Position numbers and translations under genes: made by a program. A DNA stretch of 63,988 nt, counting the filler, from Octopus bimaculoides (taxonomy: Eukaryota), in the NCBI RefSeq assembly GCF_001194135.2. It is 8 parts of 7 records of this genome, joined end to end, with 100 filler letters (N's around TTAATTAATTAA, not from the genome) between each part and the next. Parts side by side here need not be neighbours in the genome. Positions count along the whole stretch, not along the records: positions 14,222 to 37,302 come from NC_068982.1; 7 more parts are not named here. One strand, written 5' to 3'. This document shows, one piece after another, positions 23,291 through 35,554 of the stretch. A model generated the notes under the pieces. That model was not told where the DNA came from and ran no database searches. It was given only the letters and a program-made list of their open reading frames with translations. Within the stretch, counting starts at the first letter, position 1. Every line of letters starts with the position of its first letter.

Positions 23291-23829
23291 TTATGTCATT
23301 TTAGCTTACTTTCCGTATAAATGACAACCAGTTCTAATATATCCAAAGAAGGCAATAAAATTTCATTAGAGGAAAGCCATGCCATATCTTCTTCTACAAT
23401 CACCAAACAAGCATTACTTGGCCTTTCTTATTGGAAAGCATGGCAAGGTGTTAATTTGGACTAAGCTAAACAGTTTAATCAATTACTTTGGCAAATCTGA
23501 CAAGTAGCACTGTATACTATAGACCTAGAAAATGGTATAAAGTAACTGCTGGATGAATGTGTGGACGGAGGGAAGAAATACAAAAAATTAGAATAATACA
23601 AGAGAAAAACAGCCTCTTCCTTTTATGCAAGTAGCAATATATATTTATGTCATTATTGTTATTTCCCTTTCACCACTCCACCACTACTTTCCTTCCTCCT
23701 CCTCCTCCCCTTCATCATCATCATCATCGTCATCATCGTTACCATTGTCATCCTTACACTGAAAATAAAACCATACTTGCTATAATAATCCTTTCTATTA
23801 TTGCATATATGATTATACTTTCTATAAGA

Positions 23830-24383
23830 CACCAAGCTGGCAGAACCATTAGCATGCTAGGCAAAGTGCTTAGCCACATTTCATCCATCTTTATACTCTG
23901 AATTCAAATTCCACCACAAGGTTGATTTTGCCTTTTTCATCCTTTCAGAGTTGATAAAACAAATAACCAATTGCGCACTGGGAGCAATGTAACTGACTTA
24001 CACCTTCCCCTAAAATTGTTGGTCTTGTGCCAAACTTTGAAACCATTATTATACTTTTGGTGGTTTGACAAAGATCTAGTGACTTGAATAGGAATCATTA
24101 TTTTTTTTCTTAGAGGCCTACTTTCTGTAGTTAGTTTCCAAAATTTCATTCTCCAACTTTCTTGTTTCAATTCTGGAGCAAAGATATGTTAGTATTAGAA
24201 CTACCTTACTTTTTCTGGGCATTTCAACTATCTTTACATTCTGAGTTCAAATTCCACCAAAGTCAGCATTGCTTTTCATCCTTTCGTGGTTGATAAATCA
24301 AATACCTGTTGAACATTGATGGCGATGTAATCAACTTAACTCCTCACTCCCAAAAGGCTGGCATTGTGCCAAAATTTGAAGCC
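23830..24383 (+). mobile_element. two family-D SINEs (23830-24049, 24216-24383)
   Basis: agctggcagaaccattagc..ctgaattcaaattccacc..ttgtgccaaa.tttgaa; CpG sites appear decayed. Confidence 0.75.
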
Positions 24384-24868
24384 ACATACTTTTAGGATAA
24401 GACTAAATTAGAAAATAATAAAATCTGTAATCAAGCTACTCTTCAAAATTTGTGGAACATTGTTATTTGTTCCATCACTAGATTTGGTCACTGAAGCTGA
24501 ACTTTGACCTGGCTGATCCACCCTCTACTCACCCCATAAGTAGCAAATATACTCAACAGCAAATAAAACTTGGGTGGCAATCATTCATGAGTAGAGAAAT
24601 AAACAGAAAAATTGTCAATTAATTTGGTCGTTTTCAGTGTTCTGTCATACAGAAGTTAACCAGACAGAAGTTATTTCCATAAATAATTTATAACTATGAC
24701 AGTAATTATTAAACCGTTAAATTTTCTAATATCATTATATATAAGTCGCACATAATGTTGCATTACTGAAATTGTGACATACAAACTTTTAATCTAATTC
24801 TCTTACTACCATTGAATACATGAACATTTGATTTTCTTTAACACGTCTAACATTGCACGAGCCATTCT

Positions 24869-25054
24869 TTAACCCTTTAGCAATCAAATTACTCTGTCAA
24901 ATGTAATGCACATTTATTCACTTGTTTTGAAGTCAAATATGTGATTGTCTGTTGTCAGAATGATATAGTAGGGTAGGTGTGAGAGGTTGGAACTGGCCAG
25001 TTTGAACATAAAACAGGTAGAATATTTGGGCCAGCTTAAATACTAAAGGGTTAA
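24869..25054. mobile_element. piggyBac-type MITE
   Basis: TTAA|CCCTTTAG ... CTAAAGGG|TTAA: TTAA target duplication with CCC/GGG termini. Confidence 0.8.
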
Positions 25055-25159
25055 ACCCAACATATTATGCAGATGCTCTCCTGTTAATGACAATTGTCAA
25101 GATTTCAGACACAACTATAACTATTGTTTTAGCTCTTCTAACTCTTTGGTCTTAGATCT

Positions 25160-25390
25160 GTCATAGGCCTACTGGCTCATTAAGGCTGGAGTTTGCCCCA
25201 TTTTCCATTATATATAAGTGACTGCAAGTACAAATACCTCTACCCCTAAACGGAACACCAGTTTTTCACAGGGTTAACTTCTCAGAAGTCACTGGTATGC
25301 ATTTTCAGCTGAGTGAAGTGGAGCCATATAAAATGAAATGTTTTGCTCTCAAACATATCAAAACCACCTGGTCTGGGAATCGAACTACCA
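25160..25390 (-). mobile_element. decayed tRNA-headed SINE
   Basis: Reverse B box gggaatcgaac at 25375-25385, preceded by ttcagctgagtgaa.tggag..aaatgaa.tgt.ttgctc (CORE-like body). Confidence 0.45.
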
Positions 25391-26094
25391 CTTCCTTTTA
25401 TCAAGGAATGTAAACTGTGACTGCATGAGACTAGCAGACTGGCAAATAGGATCCATTAGTTTTTCACACCTGAGATGTTAGCAACTGGCAGGAAATACAA
25501 TTGTGAAATATAGACAAATATTTTAATTTAAACCATTGGTATGTAGGGGCTGTTGTCACAAGGTGTCCTGTTGGACTAAGTCTACTACCATAGCATCAGT
25601 ATAAGCATACATACTTAAGGGTATTTCTGCACATAATAGGACTCTAACCTGGCCTGCATGTCCTTGTGTAATATTTCATTTGAAAATAATTATGGCCAGA
25701 TTAGATAATGACACTTGAGGAAAAGAATTATCATAAAGAAAATTTACCATCTTTGGCAGGTGGTTAGCACTTAGCACATCCATAATGTATGCCCCTGATT
25801 AAATGAAACAAACTATCCCAGTCATGCTAATACAGAAAATAAATATACAATAAACTAAAAGGTGAACTTGTAAACTGTTGAGCATATTTGTTACTTTGTT
25901 ATCTATCTTGCAAAGAATTTTGAAGAATTGACATTTCATCATTATTTTGCCTTCCATATTGGTATGGGTTCAATAGTTAATCAAGATCCAACAGTTTGAA
26001 AGACTATATCATGCCCCAGTGTCTTAGTTTTAACATGGTTTCAATGACTGTATGACTGTATGTATATATATATAGATATATATATCATCATCGT

Positions 26095-26475
26095 GGAGGC
26101 GCAATGGCCCAGTGGTTAGGGCAGCGGACTCGTGGTCATAGGATCGCGGTTTCGATTCCCAGACCGGGCGTTGTGAGTGTTTATTGAGCGAAAACACCTA
26201 AAGCTCCACGAGGCTCCGGCAGGGGATGGTGGCGAACCCTGCTGTACTCTTTAACCACAACTTTCTCTCACTCTTACTTCCTGTTTCTGTTGTGCCTGTA
26301 ATTCAAAAGGTCAGCCTTGTCACACTGTGTCACGCTGAATATCCCCGAGAACTACGTTAAGGGTACACGTGTCTGTGGAGTGCTCAGCCACTTGCACGTT
26401 AATTTCACGAGCAGGCTGTTCCGTTGATCGGATCAACTGGAACCCTCGTCATCATAAGCGACGGAGTGCCAACAA
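26095..26475 (+). mobile_element. family-C tRNA-derived SINE, full length and young
   Basis: A box tggcccagtgg and B box ggtttcgattccc; about a dozen differences from the reverse complement of 54727-55110. Confidence 0.9.
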
Positions 26476-26476
26476 T

Positions 26477-26489
<13 letters not shown>

Positions 26490-26508
<19 letters not shown>

Positions 26509-26600
26509 CATTTAACATCCGATGTCCATGCTGGAGGCCCTTCCTAATGCCAACCACTTTACAGAATGTGTTGGCTGCTTTTACATGGTAGTGCACTGGT
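26490..26600 (-). mobile_element. internally deleted family-B fragment
   Basis: (CAT)n-ttaacatccg..ccatgctgg joined directly to gcccttcctaatgccaaccac. Confidence 0.65.
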
Positions 26601-26689
26601 GCTTTTACATGAACCTGCATGAATGCTTTTACATGATGCCATATATATATATATGTATCACTGTATCACTGTATCAACCAGACTACCAT

Positions 26690-27000
26690 TGCTGGTCACA
26701 GTGCACTTCCAATTTTTTCTTGATCGCACCATTCTCTTCCATCTTGGCCCAAACCATTTAACTAAATCATCCTCCCATCATCCGAGGGGTATTTTTCAAT
26801 CTCTAAGATACCAGTCACATATTACCCGTGATCTTTACAGCATCTCCAGCCCAATGGAACTTGTGCTTTCAGTATTCTGCAATCACATTCACTCTGCTCC
26901 ATTCTCAAATTATTGCATTTCAAGTATGCTCTCATAATGATAATACTAGCAGGGATAATTCCATAGCCCTTTGTGTCATAGCTAAATGATGTTCTTCCCT
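26690..27000 (-). mobile_element. RTE-clade LINE ORF2 C-terminal fragment
   Basis: Minus strand LAMTQRAMELSLL..SRVNVI..K.HWAG..WEDDLVKWFGPRWKRM resembles the RTE pattern TQRAMER..WAGH..W.DD..W. Confidence 0.6.
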
Positions 27001-27219
27001 TCTTTGTAATAGCCTACATCTCACTTCATATAAATGTGCAGGTAGAATGGTACTATTGTTGGAGCAGATTTCCTGCAACCAGATACTCTTCCTGTCACCA
27101 ACCCTCGCTTGTTTTTCACATTATTTTTTATTCTATGGGTCCTCGAGTCAAACACACAACCAGATGATTGCAAACTGAACTTCTTAATCTTGCAGCCATG
27201 TCTTTCTTGAGGAAATTGA

Positions 27220-27700
27220 TTTTAAAAGGAATTTCTTGCTGAATACATGTTTTATGTTCTAGCCATTTCAAACTAAGTTGTAAATAAATCTATGATGATT
27301 GTGTTAGAGCAGAACTTTTTCATGACAAATCATACTCATTGCCATAGATTTCATTCTCAAAGCTTTCACATACTTCACAAAATTTGATCAAATCAATCAA
27401 CGTAGTTATCTGCAATCTCTGTGTTATACAAAAATACATTTTTAAAAGTTGGGAAGTGAGTATCTTAAATAGCATATATGTTTCTGTTGTAATGGAACAA
27501 CTTTTAAAAGGAATTTCTTGTTAAATAAATATACCGTATTTGAGTCATTTCTTGCTATTTGTAAATAAGTGTGTGATGATCGTACTAATGCTGGGCATTT
27601 TCTTGGTAAAATTAAAATCCTGTCCACAGATTTCATTGCTAGCTGGGGACACATACACTTGAAAGTGATTTGACAAAATGCACAAATATCACAGCATCAT
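27220..27700 (-). repeat. diverged ~282 bp tandem duplication of a coding-like segment
   Basis: Exact 19-mer ttttaaaaggaatttcttg at 27220 and 27502, followed by collinear blocks (ttgtaaataa, gatgat, agatttcatt, cacatac, atttga). Confidence 0.75.
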
Positions 27701-28271
27701 TTATATCTTCTCTAAATTTGAATATTGATGCTCACAACCTCTTTTTCTTACTGTTATATTCTTAGCTCTGCTGTGAACTCATGCACCCTCTCTTTCTCAC
27801 TCACTCTCTCTCTCGCTCTCTTCTTTCTATACTTTTCTCTCTCTTTTTTCCTCTTCTTCCTTTTTTTTTTCATACCCTATCACCTCTTTCTCTACAATTC
27901 AGTCCATTTCTTTTCCCACTTTCCTTCTTCTCCTCGTTTCTGCTCTGGATTCTTCTCATCCTTTCTCTTGTTTACTCGGGAAGCAATCTTTATCTTACCT
28001 CCCTTCAATCTTTTTACTTGCTCAAAGACAAGGATCCAGTATTTTATTCTATCTTCTATTTTGGACATATATCCATGTTGTCTTTTGTTGTTCGCATTCA
28101 CTTATTTCAGTCATAAAAGGATTTTTGGTATCCTTGTCACTCAGGCTTAACCAAAGATACTTTCTTGTATCTCTCAGTATACATTAAAACTTAATTTCTT
28201 GCATATTGCATCTTGTCTCCGAATAACATTTACAACGGACATTAAATGATGATGATGATGATGACAATGAC

Positions 28272-28305
<34 letters not shown>

Positions 28306-28450
28306 TTGATGATGATGACGACGATGATGATGATATACTTTCTGCCTGTCTTTTGTTTCTCATCTCTACTCCCTAACAAAACTGTTTTTCTTTACAACCT
28401 TTCTATTAAATAGGAGGTCAGTCAAAATTTATTTTAAATTAAAAAGAGAA

Positions 28451-28627
28451 CATACATACATACATACATACAATAGATTTCTTTTAGTTTCTATCCACCA
28501 AATCCACTGACAAGATTTTGGGGGGTTCAAAGCCACAGTAAAAGACCATTGATCATACCATAGAGTGGGACTGAACCTGAAACTATATGGTTGGGAAGCT
28601 AACTTCTTAACCACACAGTCATAGCCA
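28451..28627 (-). mobile_element. family-A SINE 5' half
   Basis: ccaaatccactgacaag..gggactgaacc..ggttgggaagc..ttaaccacacag. Confidence 0.75.
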
Positions 28628-28657
28628 TTTCGGCACAACTACACAGACACATACATG

Positions 28658-28710
<53 letters not shown>

Positions 28711-28712
<2 letters not shown>

Positions 28713-28870
28713 TTACACTCTCTGAGTGGTTCGCGTTAGGAAGGCCATCCAGCCATAGAAAGCCATGCCAAATCAGACTGGAGTCTAGTGCAGCCTTCCA
28801 GCATGCCAGCCCGGTCAAACCGTTCAACCCAGCTAGTATGGACAACAGTCGTTAAATGTTGATGATGATG
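28711..28870 (+). mobile_element. family-B 3' fragment
   Basis: acactctctgagtggttcgcgttaggaagg..gttaaatgttgatgatg. Confidence 0.8.
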
Positions 28871-29440
28871 ATATAATAATTAATAATTTGGACAAATAGG
28901 TATAAGTCAATTAGTGCGTTTAAATGTTGAGTAGAGCACCGCCACAGTTTAGGCTTCCTGTTGTCATCTTCGGTTGTGGTACACTACTGTTGGATCTACT
29001 TCAGGAACTCCACAATAGCAGTTAGGGTAATGATAATACAGTTGAGAGGGGGAGGACAAGCGGGAGAGATGACATGGTTGGGTAGTCTGAAAGAGCTGGG
29101 TGGTGAAGAAGGTAGGTATAGTTCATGATAGGGAGGAAATTTGGCTGGTGGTGAGGTGACACACATAAAAGCACATATATACATGTGTGTATGCAGAGAG
29201 TGACACAGACAGAATGAAAGAGATAGAGAGGGGACAAAGTATGAAAAGTGATTGTATGTGGGTAACACTGTACTAGATAGAACCCCTCCCTACTATCACT
29301 CCATCTACTTCCTGTTATGATATCTCTATATTGTAAGATGGCATTCAGTCAGATCTGTTTACATTCAATTTCCCCATCCCATACCATCATCACATCTATA
29401 CTCCAAATTTCCTATCATTCATTCTTAATACTCCTTTAGT

Positions 29441-29830
29441 CTCTTTTACTTGTTTCAGTCATTTGACTGTGGCCATGCTGGAGCACCGCCTTTAGTCGAG
29501 CAAATCGACCCCGGGACTTGTTCTTTGTAAGCCTAGGACTTATTCTATCGGTCTCTTTTGCCGAACTGCTAAGTGACGGGGACACAAGCACACCAGCATC
29601 GGTTGTCAAGCAATGCTAGGGGGGACAAACACAGACACACAAACACACACATATATATATACATATACATATATACGACGGGCTTCTTTCAGTTTCTGTC
29701 TACCAAATCCACTCACAAGGCTTTGGTCGGCCCGAGGCTATAGTAGAAGACACTTGCCCAAAATGCCATGCAGTGGGACTGAACCCGGAACCATGTGGTT
29801 GGTAAGCAAGCTACTTACCACACAGCCACT
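29441..29830 (-). mobile_element. family-A tRNA/CORE-like SINE, full length
   Basis: On the element strand: head agtggctgtgtggtaag, B box gggttcagtccc, CORE-like ttgggcaagtgtctt, internal (TA/TG) microsatellite and tail tgactgaaacaagtaaaagag. Confidence 0.9.
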
Positions 29831-31045
29831 ATTCATCATTCCTACTTTCTCACCATCATCTATCTTTAGTGCCATTCAGCACACAGTCCCCCACATTTGG
29901 TATGCTCCCTTTTTTCATCTTACCTCCCTGCTACTACTCTTCCACCATCAAACAGCTCATGCTGTTTATATTCAATCTCCTTACCAACAATGGTCATATA
30001 GCATTCTATCACTCTTTATCTTCTTTTACCTTCTCCTCCACCATCTTACTCTTTGCACTTTAGTTCTATTTGTATTAACCTTTCCCTTATTGCCCGCTTG
30101 CTCCAGTTCTCTTCCATCATTCTCTAATTCTAAATGATAGAACGACCCTATGGTGCTGGTGAAAAAATGAACAGAGATAACACTGGGTAATGAAGAATTG
30201 TTTTTATTATTGCCAAAGAGAAGAGAACCTTTCTAGTACAATGGTAAAATGTACACTGTTCACTCTGCAAAATGAGTAATTAATGAATAGATAAAATGTA
30301 GAGAAGAGAGGATTGTTTAGTCTTGCCAGAGGCAATGTAGACTCTGTGGTGTTGGTGACAAGATGACACATGCCTAGCATGCTCCATAAAGCATTTGGCA
30401 AATGACAGTGCCAACATAAGGCTGAGAAGGATCTTTAGTCTTGCCATACAAGTGATGAGGAGGAGGAGGAGGAGGAGGAGGGGGAGGGGGGAGGAGATTG
30501 TGTGTACAACTGCTAAATAAACTTTGTATACATGAAGCAGGCTATACTCTCCATTCTTATACAGTGTGTCCTTTCTTGTTTGACTGGACTGCTTAATCTC
30601 CAAAAAAATAAGGAAGTCATACTGCGTGTGTGTATGTATGTATGTATGTATATGTGTGTGCACGTGTGTGTGCATCTGTGCATACATATGTGTGCATCTG
30701 TGTAACTTTTCTTCTTCTTCTTTATCACATCAACTATTTGTTCTGCAACTTACTTAATATTCTGTGGCTTAAAATATAGTAAATGTTCAAAATGTTCATC
30801 GTTAAAGTATTAAAGCCATTTCCATTACTGCATCACTGCACAACTGTTGCACAATGTGCATTAAATATTTGTGCACTTCCTCTCTCAACAAAGGTTAAAA
30901 AAATACCACGTAAATGTCCAAAGATTTTCACACTAGATTCAGTTGCTATGGCAACAGAATGACCTCTAGCAATATCAGCCATGGATATATTATTTAGATT
31001 ACAATTATGAACAACTTTAATGATATGTATATTCACACACACACA

Positions 31046-31084
<39 letters not shown>

Positions 31085-31236
31085 ACACACACACGCACGC
31101 ACACACATGCACACACACACATACACATGTGCATGCACACACCCTCACATACACGTGCGCACACACACACAAAAATGCACACACTCACATGTGTGCATGC
31201 ACATACACACATACACATACGCACACATGAATTATA

Positions 31237-31640
31237 GGTGCAGGAGAGGTTGTGTGGTAAGAAGCTTGCTTCCCAACCACATGGTTCTAGGTTCAGTTCC
31301 ACTGCATGGCACTTTGAGCAAGTGCCTTCTACTATAGCCACGGGCCAACCAAATCCTTGTGAGTGGATTTGGCAGACAGAAACTGAAAGAAGCCCATCAT
31401 GTGTATGCATATATATAAATATATATATATATGTATATATTTGTGTGTCTGTGTTTGTCCCCCCAACCATCGCTTGACAACTGATGTTGGTGTGTTTACA
31501 TCCCAGTAATTCAGCAATTCAGCAAGAGAGACCAACAGAATAAGTACTAGGCTTATAAAGAATAAGTCCTGGAGTCAATTTGTTCGACTAAAAGCAGTCT
31601 CCAGCATGGCCGCAGTCAAATGACTGAAACAAGTAAAAGA
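31237..31640 (+). mobile_element. family-A SINE, full length
   Basis: Collinear with 35555-35960. Confidence 0.9.
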
Positions 31641-31819
31641 TATACCTCTCTCTCCCTCTCTCTCTTTCCCTCTCTCTCTCTCCCTCTCTCTCTTTCCCTC
31701 TCTCTCTCTCCCTCTCTCTCTCCCTCTCTCTCTCCGGCTAGGTAACCTTATACCTCCTCTACAGCAAGACACCTGTTTCTGTCTCTCTGTCTCTCTGTCT
31801 CATTATAACCTTTCATCTG

Positions 31820-32112
31820 ACACAGGATCACCGCCTCCACACAGGATCACCTCCTCCACACAGGATCACCTCCCCTTTTCAAAGACTTTTGTCTTGCAAG
31901 TTACTTGGTGACCCATAATTGAAGGTGCCACTTAAAAGCACTCAGTCCACAATGAAAATTGGTTGGCCTTTGGAAGTGCATCCAGCTGTAAAGACCTTGC
32001 CAAAACAATCACAAAAATCTGGTACAGGCTTCTGCCTGGCAAGTTCCTGTTAAACCATCCCACCCATGCCAGTATGAAAGGTAGACGTTAAACGACGATG
32101 ATGATGATGATG
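31820..32112 (+). mobile_element. decayed family-B copy preceded by a 19-bp x3 tandem repeat
   Basis: acacaggatcacc(g/t)cc(t/c)cc three times at 31820-31875, then ggttggcc..catccagctgta..gacgttaaacgacgatgatg. Confidence 0.7.
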
Positions 32113-32234
32113 AAGAAGAAGACACAATACATATATAAACACATATATACATGTACATTGTAAACTTATAAACATCTAATTATTAGTGGAAAAATTATCA
32201 GAAAAGCCATCTCCATTCATTTTTTCAAAAACAT

Positions 32235-32268
<34 letters not shown>

Positions 32269-32955
32269 CAGTAAAATATATATATATCACACGGAATAAG
32301 AATGATGTAGAAAATGCTCAGGGTGTTTTTTACTAATAACAAAGGATTTCTATCCGAGAAGTAAGGGGTAGATCAAATGATGTATTATGAAGGATGGCAT
32401 TCAATCCGTATCCAATAACCAAGCTATCACCCTTCTTTACTGCTAGCCATCATTCATTCTCTTTATTGCTCATTACCATCACACATTTGTCAGACTATCT
32501 ATCACTCATTCACCCTTTCTCCCTCTCTCACTCTCTCTCTTTCTTTCTTTCTGTCTTTCTCTCTATGTGTCTATCTTTTTCTTTCTCTCTCTCTTTCTCT
32601 CTCCCTCTCTTTTTCTTCAGTCTTTCCCATCTTCCCATTACTCCAACCTTTATTACTTTTGTTGAGATATATCACTCCTCATTTCCATTATTCTCTCCTA
32701 CATTATTCTATCTCCTCCTATCACTCCCACCTCCCCATCATACCACTCATCTTATTTCCTTTCTATTCAGTCTCCTTACCAACAACTGGCATCTAGCTGT
32801 CTATCATTGCCTCTTTTTCATTCTCCTTATCCTACAACCCCTCACTCCTGTTACTTGGTTCTCCCCAATCATACTCACATTTTCCTTCCTTTCATCCTCT
32901 CAACTTCCTTCCCTCTTAGTCATCACCTTCTTTCATATATATACACCATCATAGC

Positions 32956-33125
32956 TTTAACTTTTTAGAATTTAAAACAGCCATACCCAGCCCAAATATT
33001 CTCCTTATTTAATGCTCGAACTGGTCAGATCTGACCTCTCACACCTATCCTACAGTGTCATTCTAAAAGTAAACAATCACCTCAAAATCTGAAAACTACC
33101 AGATAATGCATGGTCAATTGAAAAT
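32956..33125 (-). mobile_element. truncated copy of the piggyBac-type MITE at 24869
   Basis: cccaaatattct..gaactggtcagatc.gacctctcacacctatcctac is the reverse complement of the 24960-25035 interior; interrupted by family B. Confidence 0.6.
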
Positions 33126-33438
33126 ATGGCACGTGAAAAGACATTTGAGCGAGATCGTTGCCAGTACCGCTTGGCTCTTGTGCAGGTGGCACGTAAAATA
33201 CACCATTTCGAGCGTGGCCGTTGCCAGTTCCGCCTGACTGGCCTTCATGCCGGTGGCACGTAAAAGCACCCACTACACTCTCGGAGTGGTTGGCGTTAGG
33301 AAGGGCATCCAGCTGTAGAAACTCTGCCAAATCAGATTGGAGCCTGGTGCAGCCTTCTGGCTTGCCAGTCCTCAGTCAAATCGTCCAACCCATGCTAGCA
33401 TGGAAAGCGGACGTTAACCGATGATGATGATGATGATG
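33126..33438 (+). mobile_element. family-B copy, young
   Basis: Near-identical to 36718-37018; (GAT)n tail. Confidence 0.9.
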
Positions 33439-33722
33439 TAAAGCCTTTTTATCACTAATTCTCATTAAGCATGATAATATTTTCCATTGGCCAGAAAGCT
33501 AGACATGTTTTCCTGCAAAACTGGAAACAAACAACAATGCTTGTATGATGCCATTTGTTTACAACTGCCCAATGAATGGTAACACGAAACTCTGAGTAAC
33601 AGTTTGTGAAGACTATTTTTGCTTTAATAAAAAGCTCATTACTCTACCTTTGGTATTCGAGTACTATTTTTTCCGCCTTGTTTTGCATCTATATGCTTGT
33701 GTGTGTGTGTGCGTGTGTGTGT

Positions 33723-33773
<51 letters not shown>

Positions 33774-34330
33774 ATCATCATCATATCAATTTAAATATAC
33801 AACCGAAAGTGCTACTAACAGTTTCATGCTATTATGATACTTTAACAGATATATTTATAAAATATGCCATGCATCATAAAGCAATCTTTCAGGCTCTGTT
33901 TCTGTGTTATATATATATGCATATAGTGGAACTTAGGTTTATGAATTTAATTAGTTTCTGAGGGCCGTTTGCCACCCAAAATATTTGTAAACCAAAACTA
34001 TTTTTCTCATAGGAAATTCAAACAAAGGCACACAGCAAATTCAATCAGGAATATTCACTGAGTGAAATCAAGACAGCAACTATTGCTCTCCTGCTGATTC
34101 TCCCACCTCCCCACCAACCCCTGTTTCCAGCTTGCATGCTCATTCCTCAAGACACCATTCATCACCCAAGACGTTTTATGTTCTAAAAATTGTCCAAAAT
34201 TAGTTTATACAGATCTGTATACATACATATATATTCAAGATGATATACATATATGTGTGTATATATATCTATAAATCGCTTTTTACAGTTGAACTCAAAA
34301 TAGATAAAGCTATAGATAATAACATGTAGA

Positions 34331-34890
34331 ATCATCATCATCAACATCATCATCATCATTTAACGTCTTTCTTCCATGCTAGCATGGTTTGGACAGTTTG
34401 ACAAGAGCCGGCCAGGCAGAAGCCTGCACCAGACTTCTGTGTCTGTCTTGGCATAGTTTTTACAGCTGCATGCCCTTCCTAACACCAACCACCTCGGCAG
34501 AGCAGACAACCAGCAAAGAATATTGGGTTAAAAACCCTTTTGTATGGAAAATTTCAAAGGTTGTCATCATCATCATCATCACAATCTTCATTTAAAGTTC
34601 ATTTACCGTGCTGGCATGGGTTGGACAGTGTGACAGGAACTGGACAGCCGGAGACCTCCACCAGGCTCCAATTGTCTGTTTTGGCATGGCTTCTACATCT
34701 GAATGCACTTCCTTAATGTCAATCACTTTACAGAGTCTATTGAGCATTTTTTATGTGACACCAACATTGGTACTTTATACGGGTCACCAGCACAAGTGCT
34801 TTATATGTGATACCAGCATGAAACCTCTCTGCATGCACCAGCATGGGTGCTTTTTATGTGGCACTGGTACAGGTGCTTTTTGCATTGCAC
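34331..34890 (-). mobile_element. two older family-B copies (34331-34500, 34564-34890)
   Basis: (CAT)n-tttaa..ccatgctagcatgg.ttggacag..caccag.ct..atgcccttcctaac. Confidence 0.75.
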
Positions 34891-35091
34891 TGATGCAGTA
34901 TATAATTATAATATACATACATACTCACATAGGCATGCACACACAAATATGTATACATATATATATTTACATACAAACAAATACTAACACACATATACAC
35001 ACATAGATGTCTATTATTGCTGTACCCTATGATAACTAATGCTTTGTGAGAGAATTTGGAAGCTGGAAAACTGTAAATACTCATTATATAT

Positions 35092-35129
<38 letters not shown>

Positions 35130-35198
35130 ATGCGTGCATGTGTGCATGTGTGTGTGTGAGAGAGTATTTGCTTGTGTGTGTGTATGTATGTAAGTCCA

Positions 35199-35244
<46 letters not shown>

Positions 35245-35554
35245 TATGTGAGTGTGTGCATGTTTTGTCTGTCTGTCTCTGTGTATTTATGTGCATTCAT
35301 ACACATGTGTCTTTACTAATGTTCCCTTCTTGCCTATTTTGCATGCAAAAAGCACTCACCTACAAGTGGTGAAGTTTGTTATTATTTCCCTATTAACAAA
35401 TCATTTTCTGGCTCTGTGTTTGTGAAGATGTCTGGAATAAGAAACAAGAAGGGCAAACAGCTGTAAAGCATTGCCTCAGTAATATATATTTGTCAAACCC
35501 TTGCTAGCAAGTGTCAAAATGGACAAGAAATACAAAATGAACAATACATCGATA

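Noticed and set aside
26095-26160. tRNA-like sequences here and at 55040-55110, 18576-18610 and the family-A and D heads
   Set aside because: No complete cloverleaf or acceptor stem; each continues into a multi-copy SINE body, so they are SINE heads, not tRNA genes.
27290-27420. ATGATGA box C-like motif (C/D snoRNA)
   Set aside because: No CTGA box D or terminal stem at a suitable distance, and the motif lies within the duplicated segment.
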